Assembly (NCBI GenBank): GCA_026025075.1
Contig: JAPEUI010000009.1
Span: 124,001-188,000, forward strand
DNA length: 64,000 nucleotides
Source of the DNA: Vezdaea acicularis
Taxonomy: Eukaryota
Reading direction: 5' to 3'
Part shown: in pieces, positions 12,201 to 23,451 of the stretch
How the letters are laid out: each line of letters starts with the position of its first letter
Numbering within the stretch: position 1 is the stretch's first letter
Made by a program: the position numbers and the translations under genes
Notes under the pieces: generated by a model
Databases searched by the model: none
The model's input: the letters and a program-made list of their open reading frames with translations, nothing else
Told to the model about the DNA's origin: nothing

Positions 12201-12511
12201 TGCGGCTCAGGAAGTTCTATTTCCTGCTCCTGCGCCTTTAGAGCGGCGACTCTGGTCTTTCGGACCGTGGTCTTTTGCTTCCTTCGAGCTTGTACTCGAG
12301 GATTGCGGGAGGTGGTAGAGGTGGAGGGGGCAGAGGTTGCAGAGGTGATGGTAGAGGTGGTCGTGGTTGTGGTTGCCGCGGCTTTCTCATTAGAAGAGCG
12401 CGCTTGTGCGCCCCTCTTATTGCCCGATCTCGACTTGAGGATCAGTTCGGGATTGTCGAGGCCGGTACGAACCCCACTGGGTGAAGGATTGCCTCTCGTT
12501 GTACGTCCCAT
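9286..12511 (-). CDS. Large, mostly disordered hypothetical protein (~1023 aa) with TP repeats, a coiled coil and NLS-like motifs
   Basis: The 916-codon ORF joins upstream exons through three short introns (12198-12143, 12094-12046, 11970-11922). Exon lengths 313+48+75+2636 = 3072 nt, in frame. No family recognised. Confidence 0.75.
9839..9960. repeat. Coding minisatellite: 18-bp unit, ~6.7 copies, encoding [DG]LTPPS
   Basis: GGCGTCAGATCTGAAGGT-like unit repeated in tandem; the variants recur with a 3-unit (54-bp) periodicity. Confidence 0.95.
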
Positions 12512-13644
12512 TGTGACTTATGAGACTGCACAGGCAGGAGGTGGTGATTGGTGGTTTTATGAGAGGAGGTGAGAATCGGTCGAAAAGGTAAACAAACCGA
12601 GCGTGAGAGTTATTATCTGGTTGGCGAGGAAGGTTGATACGCCGAATGAAGCAGTGCAGATGCAAGAGAAGTAAGACGTGAGGTGGGTCAAGAAAGAATC
12701 AACAGCTGAGAGTAAGAACGGGCAGAAGAATCTGTGATGATACCGAAGCTCGATCGCAGGTGTTGATGTAGGAAGGAAAGAGAGGAGGGGAGAGGGCGGA
12801 GTGTTGTGATTTATACAAAGCGCGTTGCTTGGGTGCTGCCCAAATTCGGCAAGAAGGAGGCCGTCGTGTGTTGAGCTAAGCGAACTATCGTGAGCGTCAC
12901 TTCCGATTCGGGCTTGTTCAGCACCACCACAAGCAAAATTTTTGCTATGGCGACGCGCAACTTTGTTTGAACGGCTGCCGCATTCGATCGTCAAGGCGAC
13001 CGTGAGAGCACCGCGTCTTATTGTCGAGGCAACAAAGGGAGCGCTGCTTCCTACCACAAAGGGAACAAAGGGAACGCCCCTTTATTTCGAGTAGCAGCTA
13101 CAGAACAATTCTCATTTTGGTCAATCGAGAGCGGTTCATTCCTGGAACGTCACAATTATCGCTTGCATGGAGTTGCATTTCCGGTGTAGTAGTACTAGCT
13201 AATGCTCATGAGGTCTGTGAACGCCCAAGCTTGTAAGCTCCTGCCTACCAGATCCGCTTTAGATTAGAGCACTATCCCAGGGTTTATGTTCTGCACTGCA
13301 ATTTTGCGCGTTTGACTTTCTATATGACCGCAGGCTTCTTTGTGAGGGTAACTCCGGCCATGAAGAGCCACTCCGCCAAGGAAAAAATGCCTGCACTTTT
13401 TTTGAAGGAGCGTCTCGGAGGCCATGAGATCCAGTGTTGGCTCAGTTCTTGTACGCAGTCATAAACAATGTCGAGTTTAATGCAAAGAGGCGTGGCACAA
13501 TGATCAAGGGTACGAACCACAAGTGAGGATGAATTGCACCTTGGTACACCGATTCAGAGTTGAGAGCAAATAGATATCTACCTGGCATTTGGCCCTCCAA
13601 ACATCCCTTTCCCTTGATGATATGCCGGAACTCCAATAAGCACA

Positions 13645-14865
13645 TCAGTTAAAGACCTTCAGAAATGCCCATAGCCCAATCCCGCTCAAAACTGGAATCG
13701 TCAAGTTGTCGTCCCAATTGAATAGGTCCACCACCTCGCTCGCTGCTCCTACGAAGCCAGACCAGATGCTTATTACTGCTAGCGCCGCCCCTCCCTTGAC
13801 TGTGCTTTGGGAGGGGCTAAGGCCAAACGCAACCTGGAGAGGAGTTGGTAGCGACAGGGAGCCGCTGAACATGTACGGCTCGGGGTTGCCGTTCGCTCCA
13901 ATTCGTGGGACGAACCACCCCCAATAGAAAGTTGCCGTGCAAAGTCCCACCGCGAACGCCGCAGCAGACCCTGCGAGAGACTTCCCACGCCGTATACGCG
14001 GAGTGTACCGCCCGTAGAGCCTTCCGAACGTTGATGCGGCCGTATCACACCAGCTCAACAGAAGAACGCCCATGATACCTACGTCCCTTGGGAACCACCG
14101 GAGAACAGTCCATGTCCCCAGTAAATACCAGAGAACTCCGTTGTAGCCGTCTACTTCGGTCTCACGCATCAAGGCACCAAGGTAGCGGATATAAATCCGG
14201 TTCAGAGCGGGGTATTGATGCCGAAGATAATCAGCCGTGGCGATAGGTATGAATGCAATTACAAGAGGTCGGGTGACATCGATGTTCCGCAACCCGGTTG
14301 TTGCAAGGTATATGGTAAAGAAACCAATGGAGGAGTGGAAAACTTTCCGAGGAATCTCGTGCCGGTGGACCTGGGCATCGGCTGTCAGTGTCTCGTCCAG
14401 TACCTCCTGATGAAGTATACGTACGAATGACCTCCAATGACGGTGGATAGGGATAAGTCCAAGGGGGCTAGGACTACGGCTCCAATCCCTCCAATAGCTC
14501 GAGCCTACAATAGGTGGTGACAGATGACCGTTCGCGGTTTCTTTCTCTGGAGAGGTCGAAGCTAGCCCTTGCTTGTTCGTGGTTCCATTTGCCTTCTTCG
14601 GTTTTACTGTTGTTAGCCCGCTCATCCTTCTTCGACGTGCTCCGGCAAGAGGACTTCTACTCCGAGTTCTTGCCCTTTTCAATTCTTCTGAGCTTTCGCT
14701 GCCCTCCCCCTCATCTATTGAGGGGGGCGATGGGACGCGGGCTTTGGCCGCTGACCGCGTCACAGGGCCGAAATATCCATCACCACGTTCTCCATCTTCT
14801 GAAGCCGTTGGTGTTGGTGATATGACCAGTGGAGTACTGGGCACCTGCTGCCCGGTAGCAGACAT
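13645..14865 (-). CDS. DGK1: CTP-dependent diacylglycerol kinase (cytidylyltransferase family)
   Basis: HEIPRKVFHSSIGF, LLLSWCDTAASTFGRLYG...KSLAGS and DDNLTIPV motifs. One 54-nt intron at 14424-14371. Confidence 0.93.
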   Translation of the reverse strand: MSATGQQVPSTPLVISPTPTASEDGERGDGYFGPVTRSAAKARVPSPPSIDEGEGSESSEELKRARTRSRSPLAGARRRRMSGLTTVKPKKANGTTNKQGLASTSPEKETANGHLSPPIVGSSYWRDWSRSPSPLGLIPIHRHWRSFVRILHQEVLDETLTADAQVHRHEIPRKVFHSSIGFFTIYLATTGLRNIDVTRPLVIAFIPIATADYLRHQYPALNRIYIRYLGALMRETEVDGYNGVLWYLLGTWTVLRWFPRDVGIMGVLLLSWCDTAASTFGRLYGRYTPRIRRGKSLAGSAAAFAVGLCTATFYWGWFVPRIGANGNPEPYMFSGSLSLPTPLQVAFGLSPSQSTVKGGAALAVISIWSGFVGAASEVVDLFNWDDNLTIPVLSGIGLWAFLKVFN

Positions 14866-15438
14866 GCCGAGGAGATCTTAGTCTACAGCGCAAGGTGATG
14901 CTCGCGCAATTTAACCTTGATTAGTGTAATATATACAGAACTATATATCATGTATGCATGACAGACTGAACGTCTATGTTCGATCCCTGGATGTTGCGGA
15001 TGCGGTCGGTAAGCGCAGGGCCAGACGAGTCAGTTGCAGCGATGGAGCATGATAAGTAACATGCCTTTCTCGACTTCAGGCCTCGAAGGTGTAATGAGTA
15101 ATGATTTCAAGGTTTCACTGGACATATTTCTGGCGCTTGTGATGTTTGTGCCATGTTGGTCAGCAGAAGCGGGCTGATTTGCTGGCATAATTTCTGATAT
15201 CCGGGTTCCGATGCGAGTTTATACAATTTCAGGCTCAGATCCGCCAACGCGGCCTACGAGGTAATTCTGCAGGCACTCTCTTTTTATAAATTGAAGGCAT
15301 TGGAGAATTCAAATATATGTACTTATGAAAGTTTTTCTACGAATCATGAAGATTTTTTACAAAAAGAGGGTCCGAGTTATTGGCCGCTAACCCGCTTTCG
15401 GGCATTCACAGACAAGATTATAACATTTTCTGATTTTA

Positions 15439-17539
15439 ATGCCTGCAATGCCCAAGACGATGGCAACAAATGGTGAAGGGTCTAAGCCACAAAGTAGCAC
15501 AAAAGTCTCCTCGCGTTCATGGGAAGGTCTAAATCCGCCGTTATCAGAATGGGTCCTCGATGCTGTGGCCAGCATGGGCTTCGATCGAATGACGCCTGTT
15601 CAAGCTTCAACAATACCTCTATTCATGGGAAACAAAGACGTCGTGGTCGAGGTAAGAGAAATACAAATGCACTTTATCCCTCCAAAAAGTTGCAGAAACT
15701 GAAAGATGCTAGGCTGTGACTGGTAGTGGCAAGACTTTGGCATTCCTAATACCTCTGATAGAGAGACTATTGCGTCTAGAGGATCCGGTCAAAAAACATC
15801 ACGTCGGCGCAATAATAATCTCACCGACTAGGTAATGATACATGTAATGGGTCTTCGTCGTTCGTGCATGCTGACTTACAGCTAGGGAGCTTGCGACACA
15901 GATTCACTCGGTCTTGCTTTCGATCATATCTTTCCATGGCCCCTCGACAGCCCTTCTCAAGCAGAACAATGTTGATGATGGGTCAATTCAAAGGGTTGAC
16001 TCAGAAAGCCGGGCTTCAATCAGGGAGCGAACAATCAAGCCACAACTTCTGCTGGGAGGTACTACAAGCCCCAGTGAGGATCTAGCATACTTCTTGAAGA
16101 ACTCACCAAACCTACTTATCGCGACGCCTGGTAGACTCAATGAACTTTTGTCCTCTCCACATGTGCACTGCCCACAGTCTTCTTTCGAAGCGCTCATATT
16201 GGACGAGGCAGACAGGCTTCTGGATCTAGGCTTCAAGGATGACTTGCAAAAGATACTTGGCCGATTGCCGAAGCAGAGGCGAACTGGGCTGTTCAGTGCA
16301 AGTGTGAGTGAAGCTGTTGGAGAGATCATTAGAGTTGGTCTCCGGAATCCCGTCAAGATTGCGGTGAAGGTGAAGGGGATTGCTGGCGGCGAGGATAGAA
16401 GGACACCTGCTAGGTATTCGACCCTCACCTCTCGATCTTGCTAGTGCTGATTGAATTCCAGCCTGCAGATGAGCTACATCCTAGTACCCCCAAAGCAAAG
16501 ATTCGCGGCTGTCGCTCGTCTTCTTGAATCACTTTACTCAGTGCCGCAGAAGAGCATCATTTATCTCTCGACCTGCGCCGCTGTGGACTACTTCCAATAC
16601 ATCCTTCCCGCGATACTGCCACCTGCCAATGATGTAGCATTCCACCTGATACCGTTGCACGGCAAACATCCGGCACACGTCAGGATCAAAAACTTTTCGG
16701 AATTCGTCAACTCCCAGAAACCCGCAATTCTCCTGACGACCGATGTTGCGGCACGCGGACTTGATATCCCACAAGTAGATCTCGTAGTGCAAGTCGACCC
16801 ACCTAGCGACCCAAAGGTCTTTCTTCACCGCTGTGGTAGGGCTGGGCGCGCTGGAAGGAAGGGCTTAAGTGTTGTCTTCTTGCAGCCTGGAGCAGAGGCA
16901 GGATATATTCCATTTCTGGATATCCGCAAAACGCCGGTCACTCCACTAGCAGGGTTAAGAATTGACGCGGAGGATGAAAGGGGCATAGTGGCGACTAAGA
17001 CTATGCAAGGCATAGTTCTTGGCGATCGTGCTCTTCACGACAAAGCCCAGCGAGCATTTGTGAGCTGGGTCCAAGCTTATAGGAAGCACCAAGCAAGCAG
17101 TATCTTTCAATTACGGGATTTGGATTGGGAGGCTCTTGGGTATGGGTGGGGTCTACTTCGACTGCCGAAAATGCCCGAATTGAAACACTGGAAAGGCGAT
17201 CGGCACTTGGGCAATAGCATTGATATGGCAGCTTATGCGTACAAGGATAAAGCCAGAGAGAAAGTGCGCCTAAGACAGCTTTCTGAAGGTGAAGCTCGAC
17301 CATCTCCTCGGGTGGTCACTCCGAAGCACGCCGAAAAGAACGCTTGGAGCGACAAAGTCGAGCAGAAACGGCTGCGAGAACTCAGAAGAGAGAAGAAACG
17401 AGCGCGCAGAGAAGTAGAGCGTCTTTCTAAAATGAATCCCGAGGAACGAGAGCAGGAAGCTCAGATGATGGAGCTGGTGGAAGAAGTCAAAAGAAGGAAT
17501 ATACACAACGAAGAGCCATTCAATGGTTTTGATGATTGA
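15439..17539 (+). CDS. SPB4: DEAD-box rRNA helicase Spb4 (DDX55)
   Basis: Q motif [43 protein letters not shown], and the Spb4-type C-terminus AFVSWVQAY...[10 protein letters not shown]. Three introns. The start could instead be ATG 15448 or 15460. Confidence 0.95.
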
Positions 17540-17723
17540 CTATCACTGTGTTTATGTTGCGGTCCAGCCAGCCCTCAACATGGCGTAATCTCATCTGAAT
17601 TCTTACTCGTCGACTCCTTAGAGGACTGTGCCGTTAATAGGGCAGCAACCTCTTTCTCCATGCGCTCAACTTGTCCCGGAGTATCGAGAGCTATATGAAG
17701 AGATCAGCATTCAGTCTGCTCTT

Positions 17724-18674
17724 CTAAGACTGGCATATGTTGCCGGATCCCTTACCTGTAGCCAAAGCAGAGGCTGCCTTAGCACGGCGAATAGCATCCT
17801 CATAAGCCACGGCCTTAGCATAGCCGGCGGGGGTGCAAAGAAACTTGTTTGCTGGATCGTATACAATATCCCTATCGTGCTGGGCCTCGATCGTCTCGGA
17901 AATGACGGCCTTCTCAGCAGGCGTGAACTCGAGCTCTGCCTCGGCGCCAATATCCTGAACTCGGCGCTCTCGTCGACGCATGCTGACGAAGGAGAAGAAC
18001 ATTCCACTGGTTGATACACATAATGCGCCAAGTCCCATATAAAGCACCATTTCTGCGCTAGTGCTCATGAGCCCGATCTGCTCGCCGACGTATTCGAGCT
18101 GTCTCGAGTTCTTGATGAGGATGGCAGGGGTTGGGTCGTAGTCTTTGAGAGCCGGCAGGTACTCGACCAGTACAATCAAGGAATAGCTCGCCCCAATAAG
18201 CACATAAGCAATATGCGCGGTCAAGATAGTCATATAGTCGGCCTCAAAGGTGCGCTGCACGTTTCCCCGCTTGACCGTGTGTACATAGTCCACGTAGGCA
18301 AGCGCAGTGACGAATACTAGGATGCTGAAGATGACGCACGAAAACGCCGCCGAGAAGGCCGAGAGGTAGATCCAATGCGGCTTGGTGGCTGCCCAGAAGA
18401 CTTTCGGGTTAGTGTTGTAAAGCGTCCAGACGTAACGGGCGCTGAGCACGGCACTGGGGATAATGAGGATCAACATGGTCATTGCGACGACGAGGAGAGT
18501 GATTCGTGGTGCATGGCGAATGATCCAATGTTTTGTGTTACGGAGACAGCTGTTGCGATCGTTGGACCGATATTTCCACCCAAGGAGGAGTTCCGCGACA
18601 ACAACAGCTGCCAGGATGCCAGCGAACGGGACTGTACGAGCTTTGAGCTCACTGAGCGAAGTAGGATCTGGCAT
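17724..18674 (-). CDS. Orphan multi-pass membrane protein (316 aa)
   Basis: Intronless ATG-started ORF with about five hydrophobic segments and a charged C-terminal tail. No family recognised. Confidence 0.7.
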   Translation of the reverse strand: MPDPTSLSELKARTVPFAGILAAVVVAELLLGWKYRSNDRNSCLRNTKHWIIRHAPRITLLVVAMTMLILIIPSAVLSARYVWTLYNTNPKVFWAATKPHWIYLSAFSAAFSCVIFSILVFVTALAYVDYVHTVKRGNVQRTFEADYMTILTAHIAYVLIGASYSLIVLVEYLPALKDYDPTPAILIKNSRQLEYVGEQIGLMSTSAEMVLYMGLGALCVSTSGMFFSFVSMRRRERRVQDIGAEAELEFTPAEKAVISETIEAQHDRDIVYDPANKFLCTPAGYAKAVAYEDAIRRAKAASALATGKGSGNICQS

Positions 18675-18844
18675 CTTCGTGAAGAACCGTGAGGAATCGT
18701 GAAAGTGGTGATTGGAGACAAGTAAGACGGTGTATAGGCTACCTCCGCACTTTAAGAAGGAATGAAGGAACTAAACCGATGGCAGACTAGATATACATCG
18801 TGACCGAAGCGGGGTACTCTCTAACATCAGCATATGCCGATGAT

Positions 18845-18860
18845 AGAGAGAGAGAGAGAG
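18845..18860. repeat. (AG)8 microsatellite
   Basis: Read directly: AGAGAGAGAGAGAGAG. Confidence 0.9.
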
Positions 18861-19363
18861 CGTAAAAGTATGAACGCCGCATGACGCCCTTGCTACCTTG
18901 GGAAGGACTGCGGTACGCTTGCTGGTTGTAGAATAGGGCAACCCCACAGGTGACGAAGTCCGTTGTGATGGCTTGGCATATCCACATGCCTTCAAGCTGC
19001 AGACCAGCTATGCCCGCATGATCGAAGATATTAGACGTCATGGCCTGATTGAATCAGCAGTCTAGCACCGCGGAGAACGTTTTCGGTGCGTTTGAGTTTG
19101 CTTTAACGTCTGTTTCATAACTACAATTACTATTCATTGAACGAGAGTTGACCAAAAAAGAGCATTACGCTACCTTGCACCTAATCGCCATCTTTAGAGC
19201 GTCAACCGTCAAGGTCATGAACCCGACAGCGTTTCCAACACGGGGTATATTCGCCGAAGCCCACGCTAACAAAGAACGAACAACCCAAACCTCCCTAACC
19301 AATCCGACTGAACTGAACCCGCAGTCAGGCGACTCCCATCACGAACCCACCAAAACAACGCGG

Positions 19364-20918
19364 CTACGTCTCCCAGGGAAAGTCGCGCTCTTCCACGCGT
19401 GTGCACGTGAGATAGCCCAGAGATCCACCGTCGCGGCCCAAGTCGAGCGCGAGGCAATTCGTCATGAGCGGCCGCGCGATCTCCTTCGCGACGGCTTTGA
19501 GCTCGTCGAGACGCCGCTCGAATCGCTTGAGTTGGTGGCTGTTGTATTCCTCGGGCCGCAGCTTGAGGAACCGTTTACATTCATCGTGCCCTAGGTAGGC
19601 GGACCCCCCTCGGCCGAGGAGGCGGTATATCTTGCCGGTGTTGAGAGGTGGGTTTGGAGGCAGCGCCCGGCGTTCTCCCGTGCGCGGCGACTCTCGTGGA
19701 GTTGGCGGAGGAGGTGGTGTAGTGTTATCTGCTAGCCATTCTCGGAACAGCGACACGGCCAGCCAGTCGACATAGGCGTTATGTGGTGAGACCCGCTCTC
19801 CTTTGGCCGTTAGAAGAGTGATCCTGAAGAGTCTGCCTTCTATTTTCGTCTTCATCTCCTCCAGCTCCTCTACTTTGTCCTCGATTATCTCCATTACTGA
19901 GTCCGGAAGTTGGGTCCGTAGGTGCGTGGCACCCGCGGGCCACTGGCCTACCACGTGAACGATGGCTTCGGAGAAGATGACTTTGGATCTTGCGAGATAG
20001 CCCAGCTTGAGGTAACTTGGAGGGTACTTTGCGATCTGTTTCCATAGCAAGTTTTGGAACTGCAGCATGTGGTGATCGACCCTAGGGCCGACAACTTCAA
20101 GGGCGTCGTACATATCAGCAAGGGTCAAGAGGCTCTTGCATTGCACATAAGCATTAGCAATATTAACGGCGTCTAACGTGGGTGGATAGTTGTAGAATAT
20201 GCGGAACATGTTATCATAGTCGCGTAAGATATCTTCGGCTGGATCGTCGTAGCCAGTACCGTGCGATAGGTTCATGGCAGAGAAGTTGCCTACCACTGAA
20301 CGCAGGAACCCACCCGAGGGATTAGTGGGTTTGGTGCGTGTAGAGCTTGATCGATTATTGCCTCCAAATATAGAAGCATTCGGGTCCTTCCAAAATGTAA
20401 GCTCGATATCTCGACTCGTATTCATCGCAGCGAGGACATACTTTCTGTACCAACATAGGAATGTCATTCTCCTGACTCCCTGGATCCAACTCATATCTCC
20501 AGATCGTTTTATTACCACCGACCCTGGGAGCACCAACCGGCGGCCCCTTCTGCGCCGTGTCTCCACTCGACTCGGAGAGGCTCGAAAGCTGTTGACCTCT
20601 GGACCAGTTCTCGCTCGTACCACACTCGAAGAAGCCACTGCATTGCGCGAGGTATAGCCGATGGAGGAGATACCTCTCCGTCCGACCGTCGGCGCTGATG
20701 ATGATCTCCACGTCGCCAGTCTGCGAGAATATGGGAAACTCGTTCTGGGCCTGATACGAGGTGCCCCCGTACTCCGACCGATTTCTCCGATGTCTTCGAG
20801 AATGTGACCCACGCGATGCTACAGAGGGCGCTGCCCGCACTGTCAGAGCGCGTTCGGGAACATGGTCTTCGGGGATTGCTGGGGCACGGAATGGCATGGC
20901 GTAGTCTCTCCTCGACAT
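19364..20918 (-). CDS. Fungal BTB/POZ-domain protein
   Basis: GDVEIII...YLLHRLYLAQCSGFF BTB-like start. Intron 20441-20387 joins PMLVQK|DPNASIF to a helical region (LLTLADMYDAL...IAKYPPSYLKLGYLARSKVIFSEAIVHVVGQWP). Confidence 0.8.
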
Positions 20919-21630
20919 GGTTGATGGCGGAGGTATCTGGGATGAGGCACGAATGACAGAGATCTACCCCGCAGTCATGAAGTGGTGAAGGACAATGCGC
21001 GTAGCTGTAATGGTCCTGCGTACAGAATTCTGTGTCGCACGCTCGTGTCTGAGTAAAATGGCTGTATTCTATTCCTCAAAAGAATGCGCACAGAGCTTTG
21101 ACGAAGTTCTTTGCGCTTGCTTACCCACCAGGCCAGCCTTGGGCGTTCGGAAGTTCGTTGAGTGATTCCACTGACCGAATAGCGGACCCGGCGTCGTGGT
21201 GGTCCAAACGGTTTCAAAGTTTCGTCTGCTTCAACAGCGTTTGGGACCCTCCGCGAACTGCGATATCGCCATAAGATTGAGTCATGAAACGAGAATGGTG
21301 CCAGGAGAGGACGTTCTTGGTCGTGGAGCGGCCTGGCTGTGGTGGCCAGTCCTCGGGTGAAGAACCAGGATTTTGTGGTCGCACGGTGGGCCTTTGTGGC
21401 CAATGGGGCTCTGATCGCGAGGCTGTTTTGCAGCTGGGTGAGGCTGTGCCTCAGCTTCATTGGCCTTCATTCAAGCTTATTTTCGTCAGTGGCTCCAGCG
21501 CCACCACGAACAGAAACCCTCTCTCATCATGTGCTCAAATAGTCACAATTTCTATAAAGTGGGTGAAGGTGTTTATATACAGTATCATGTCGCGGGACCT
21601 TCTATACACCAAGCTACAAATACAAGATCC

Positions 21631-23178
21631 TCAAGATTTCTTCCTTATGACACGGGTACCGGCCATCCAGGGCCAGAGCACTTCCGGAATAGCCACCGAC
21701 TCGTCCTCTGCATTCCATCCATTCTCTAACAGAGCTGCCAATATACGAGGAACAGCCATTGCAGTGCCGTTGACCGTATAGGGCCAGATCGCGCCCTTTG
21801 AAGACGGCTTACGAGCGACCTGGGTCCCTAGTCGACGACTCTGATAGTCTGTACAGTTTGAAGTAGAAGTGACTTCTCCCCAGCCTTTATGCTTGTTCAA
21901 GCGTGACGGGAAGTAAGCCTCAATGTCCTGTTTCCGGGCTGCGCTTGCACCCAGGTCTGTGGATGGCATCTCTAAAATGCGACAATGGAGCCCTAGTGAT
22001 CTTAAGATCTCCTTCTGAATCGACATCATCTCGTCGAAGACTGTGTCGGCAGGCGAATTGGTCCCAATATCTGTTCGGTCTTCTGCTTTTGGGTTTGGAT
22101 GCGTCCAGGCAAACATCTCGACCTTCGTGAACTCGTGGACGCGGTAGAGACCTTTCCCATCCGCTCCTCGAGCTCCTGCTTCTGCGCGGTAACATCTGCT
22201 AGTCCCGATCACTTTCAGTGGAAGATCCTCCTCTGGAATTGATTGACCCGCTTTCATTGTAGCCAAAGGAATTTCTGCAGTTCCAGCCAAGCTATGACTC
22301 GGCTTGAGTTCATCCTTCCTTGCTTGCTGGATCGTATAAACCTGCTGCTCACCGTTGGCGTCGCGAGGCCTAAAACCGCAAGCGTTTGCCACGTGGGAGT
22401 ATACCATCGATGGCGGAGACACGATCTTCCAACCCTTCTTCAAAGCCACACTGAGGGCGTATTGGACAAGAGCTTGCTCGAGGAGAGCTGCCTCGTTCAG
22501 AAGGTAGTACCATCCCCAACCTGACGTCGTCCCTGCGGCTGCAAAGTCGAGTAGCTCCAATTTGGATCCAATATCGACGTGAGACAAGACCCCATGATCT
22601 CCTGAGACTGTATGACTACGACTTGTGTGGCTCTGCTCTTCGTTGATGTAACCGACAATTAGGGGTTCTGATCCTCGAGGACTTGTTGCGCTTGTCAGAT
22701 TTGGTTGCTGGGCTGCCAAATCCTCCATTGTCGACTGTATGCTTCCCGCCTCATGCTCGATCTTCGCAATACTGGTCCTTAGATCTCGGGCCCATTCCAG
22801 TATAGGCGCTGAGCTGGGGCCGTCCGTGACTTTGTTATTAGGCTGTGAGGTGATCGAGCGCTGTAGATCATTCCTCCTGCTTCGAAGGACGTTTAATTGA
22901 GTATTCAGTTGCTTCCATTCTTCGTACAAGTGCGCAATTCTTCGGGGGTGATTTGATTGGCCTTCAAGATTACGTTCGATACAATTTCTCTTGTACAGAT
23001 CTGGTTGCGCACAGTATTGCTTGAAGTCGATTGAAGGTTTCGGAACTTGCACTGGACGGGCATCTTTGAGAGACCTTGATATTATAAAGTATCGGCGAGG
23101 GACTCGCCGCACTTGAGATAAACGACATACATTGACTGCCAAAGGTCCCCTACTTTTTGGAGGCATTGGCCTTGTCAT
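21631..23178 (-). CDS. DIA4: Seryl-tRNA synthetase, probably mitochondrial
   Basis: Arg-rich presequence-like N-terminus, coiled-coil arm, and class II motifs LAGTAEIPL, SRCYRAEAG...GLYRVHEFTKVEM, EVTSTSNCTDYQSRRL and NGTAMAVPR. Confidence 0.92.
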   Translation of the reverse strand: MTRPMPPKSRGPLAVNVCRLSQVRRVPRRYFIISRSLKDARPVQVPKPSIDFKQYCAQPDLYKRNCIERNLEGQSNHPRRIAHLYEEWKQLNTQLNVLRSRRNDLQRSITSQPNNKVTDGPSSAPILEWARDLRTSIAKIEHEAGSIQSTMEDLAAQQPNLTSATSPRGSEPLIVGYINEEQSHTSRSHTVSGDHGVLSHVDIGSKLELLDFAAAGTTSGWGWYYLLNEAALLEQALVQYALSVALKKGWKIVSPPSMVYSHVANACGFRPRDANGEQQVYTIQQARKDELKPSHSLAGTAEIPLATMKAGQSIPEEDLPLKVIGTSRCYRAEAGARGADGKGLYRVHEFTKVEMFAWTHPNPKAEDRTDIGTNSPADTVFDEMMSIQKEILRSLGLHCRILEMPSTDLGASAARKQDIEAYFPSRLNKHKGWGEVTSTSNCTDYQSRRLGTQVARKPSSKGAIWPYTVNGTAMAVPRILAALLENGWNAEDESVAIPEVLWPWMAGTRVIRKKS

Positions 23179-23451
23179 GTAAGAGTATAGGTTTAGATTG
23201 ATTATTCCTGTGTGAGGGACGAGTCACAGTATGGGTATTCGCCGCGAGTTTACGCCGCGCTTCAACTTTTTTCGACTCCACGCTCGAGCGGCTTTGTTCC
23301 GCACTTCCGCGGCTTGCGTTCCATAGCTAAACTCCTCTCGTCTTCCGTGCTCTCAAGGCAATCATTAAAGCTTGTAATGCAACAGTTTGTGCCCTCTGCA
23401 GGGAAGAGGGAGCCACATGTGCCCTAACATCGAGGCATTGGTTCTTCTAGA

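Noticed and set aside
14975..14990. GTTCGATCC, a tRNA T-loop/B-box-like sequence (similar GGTTCGAA at ~42556 and ~63366)
   Set aside because: No acceptor, D or anticodon stems can be built around these sites.
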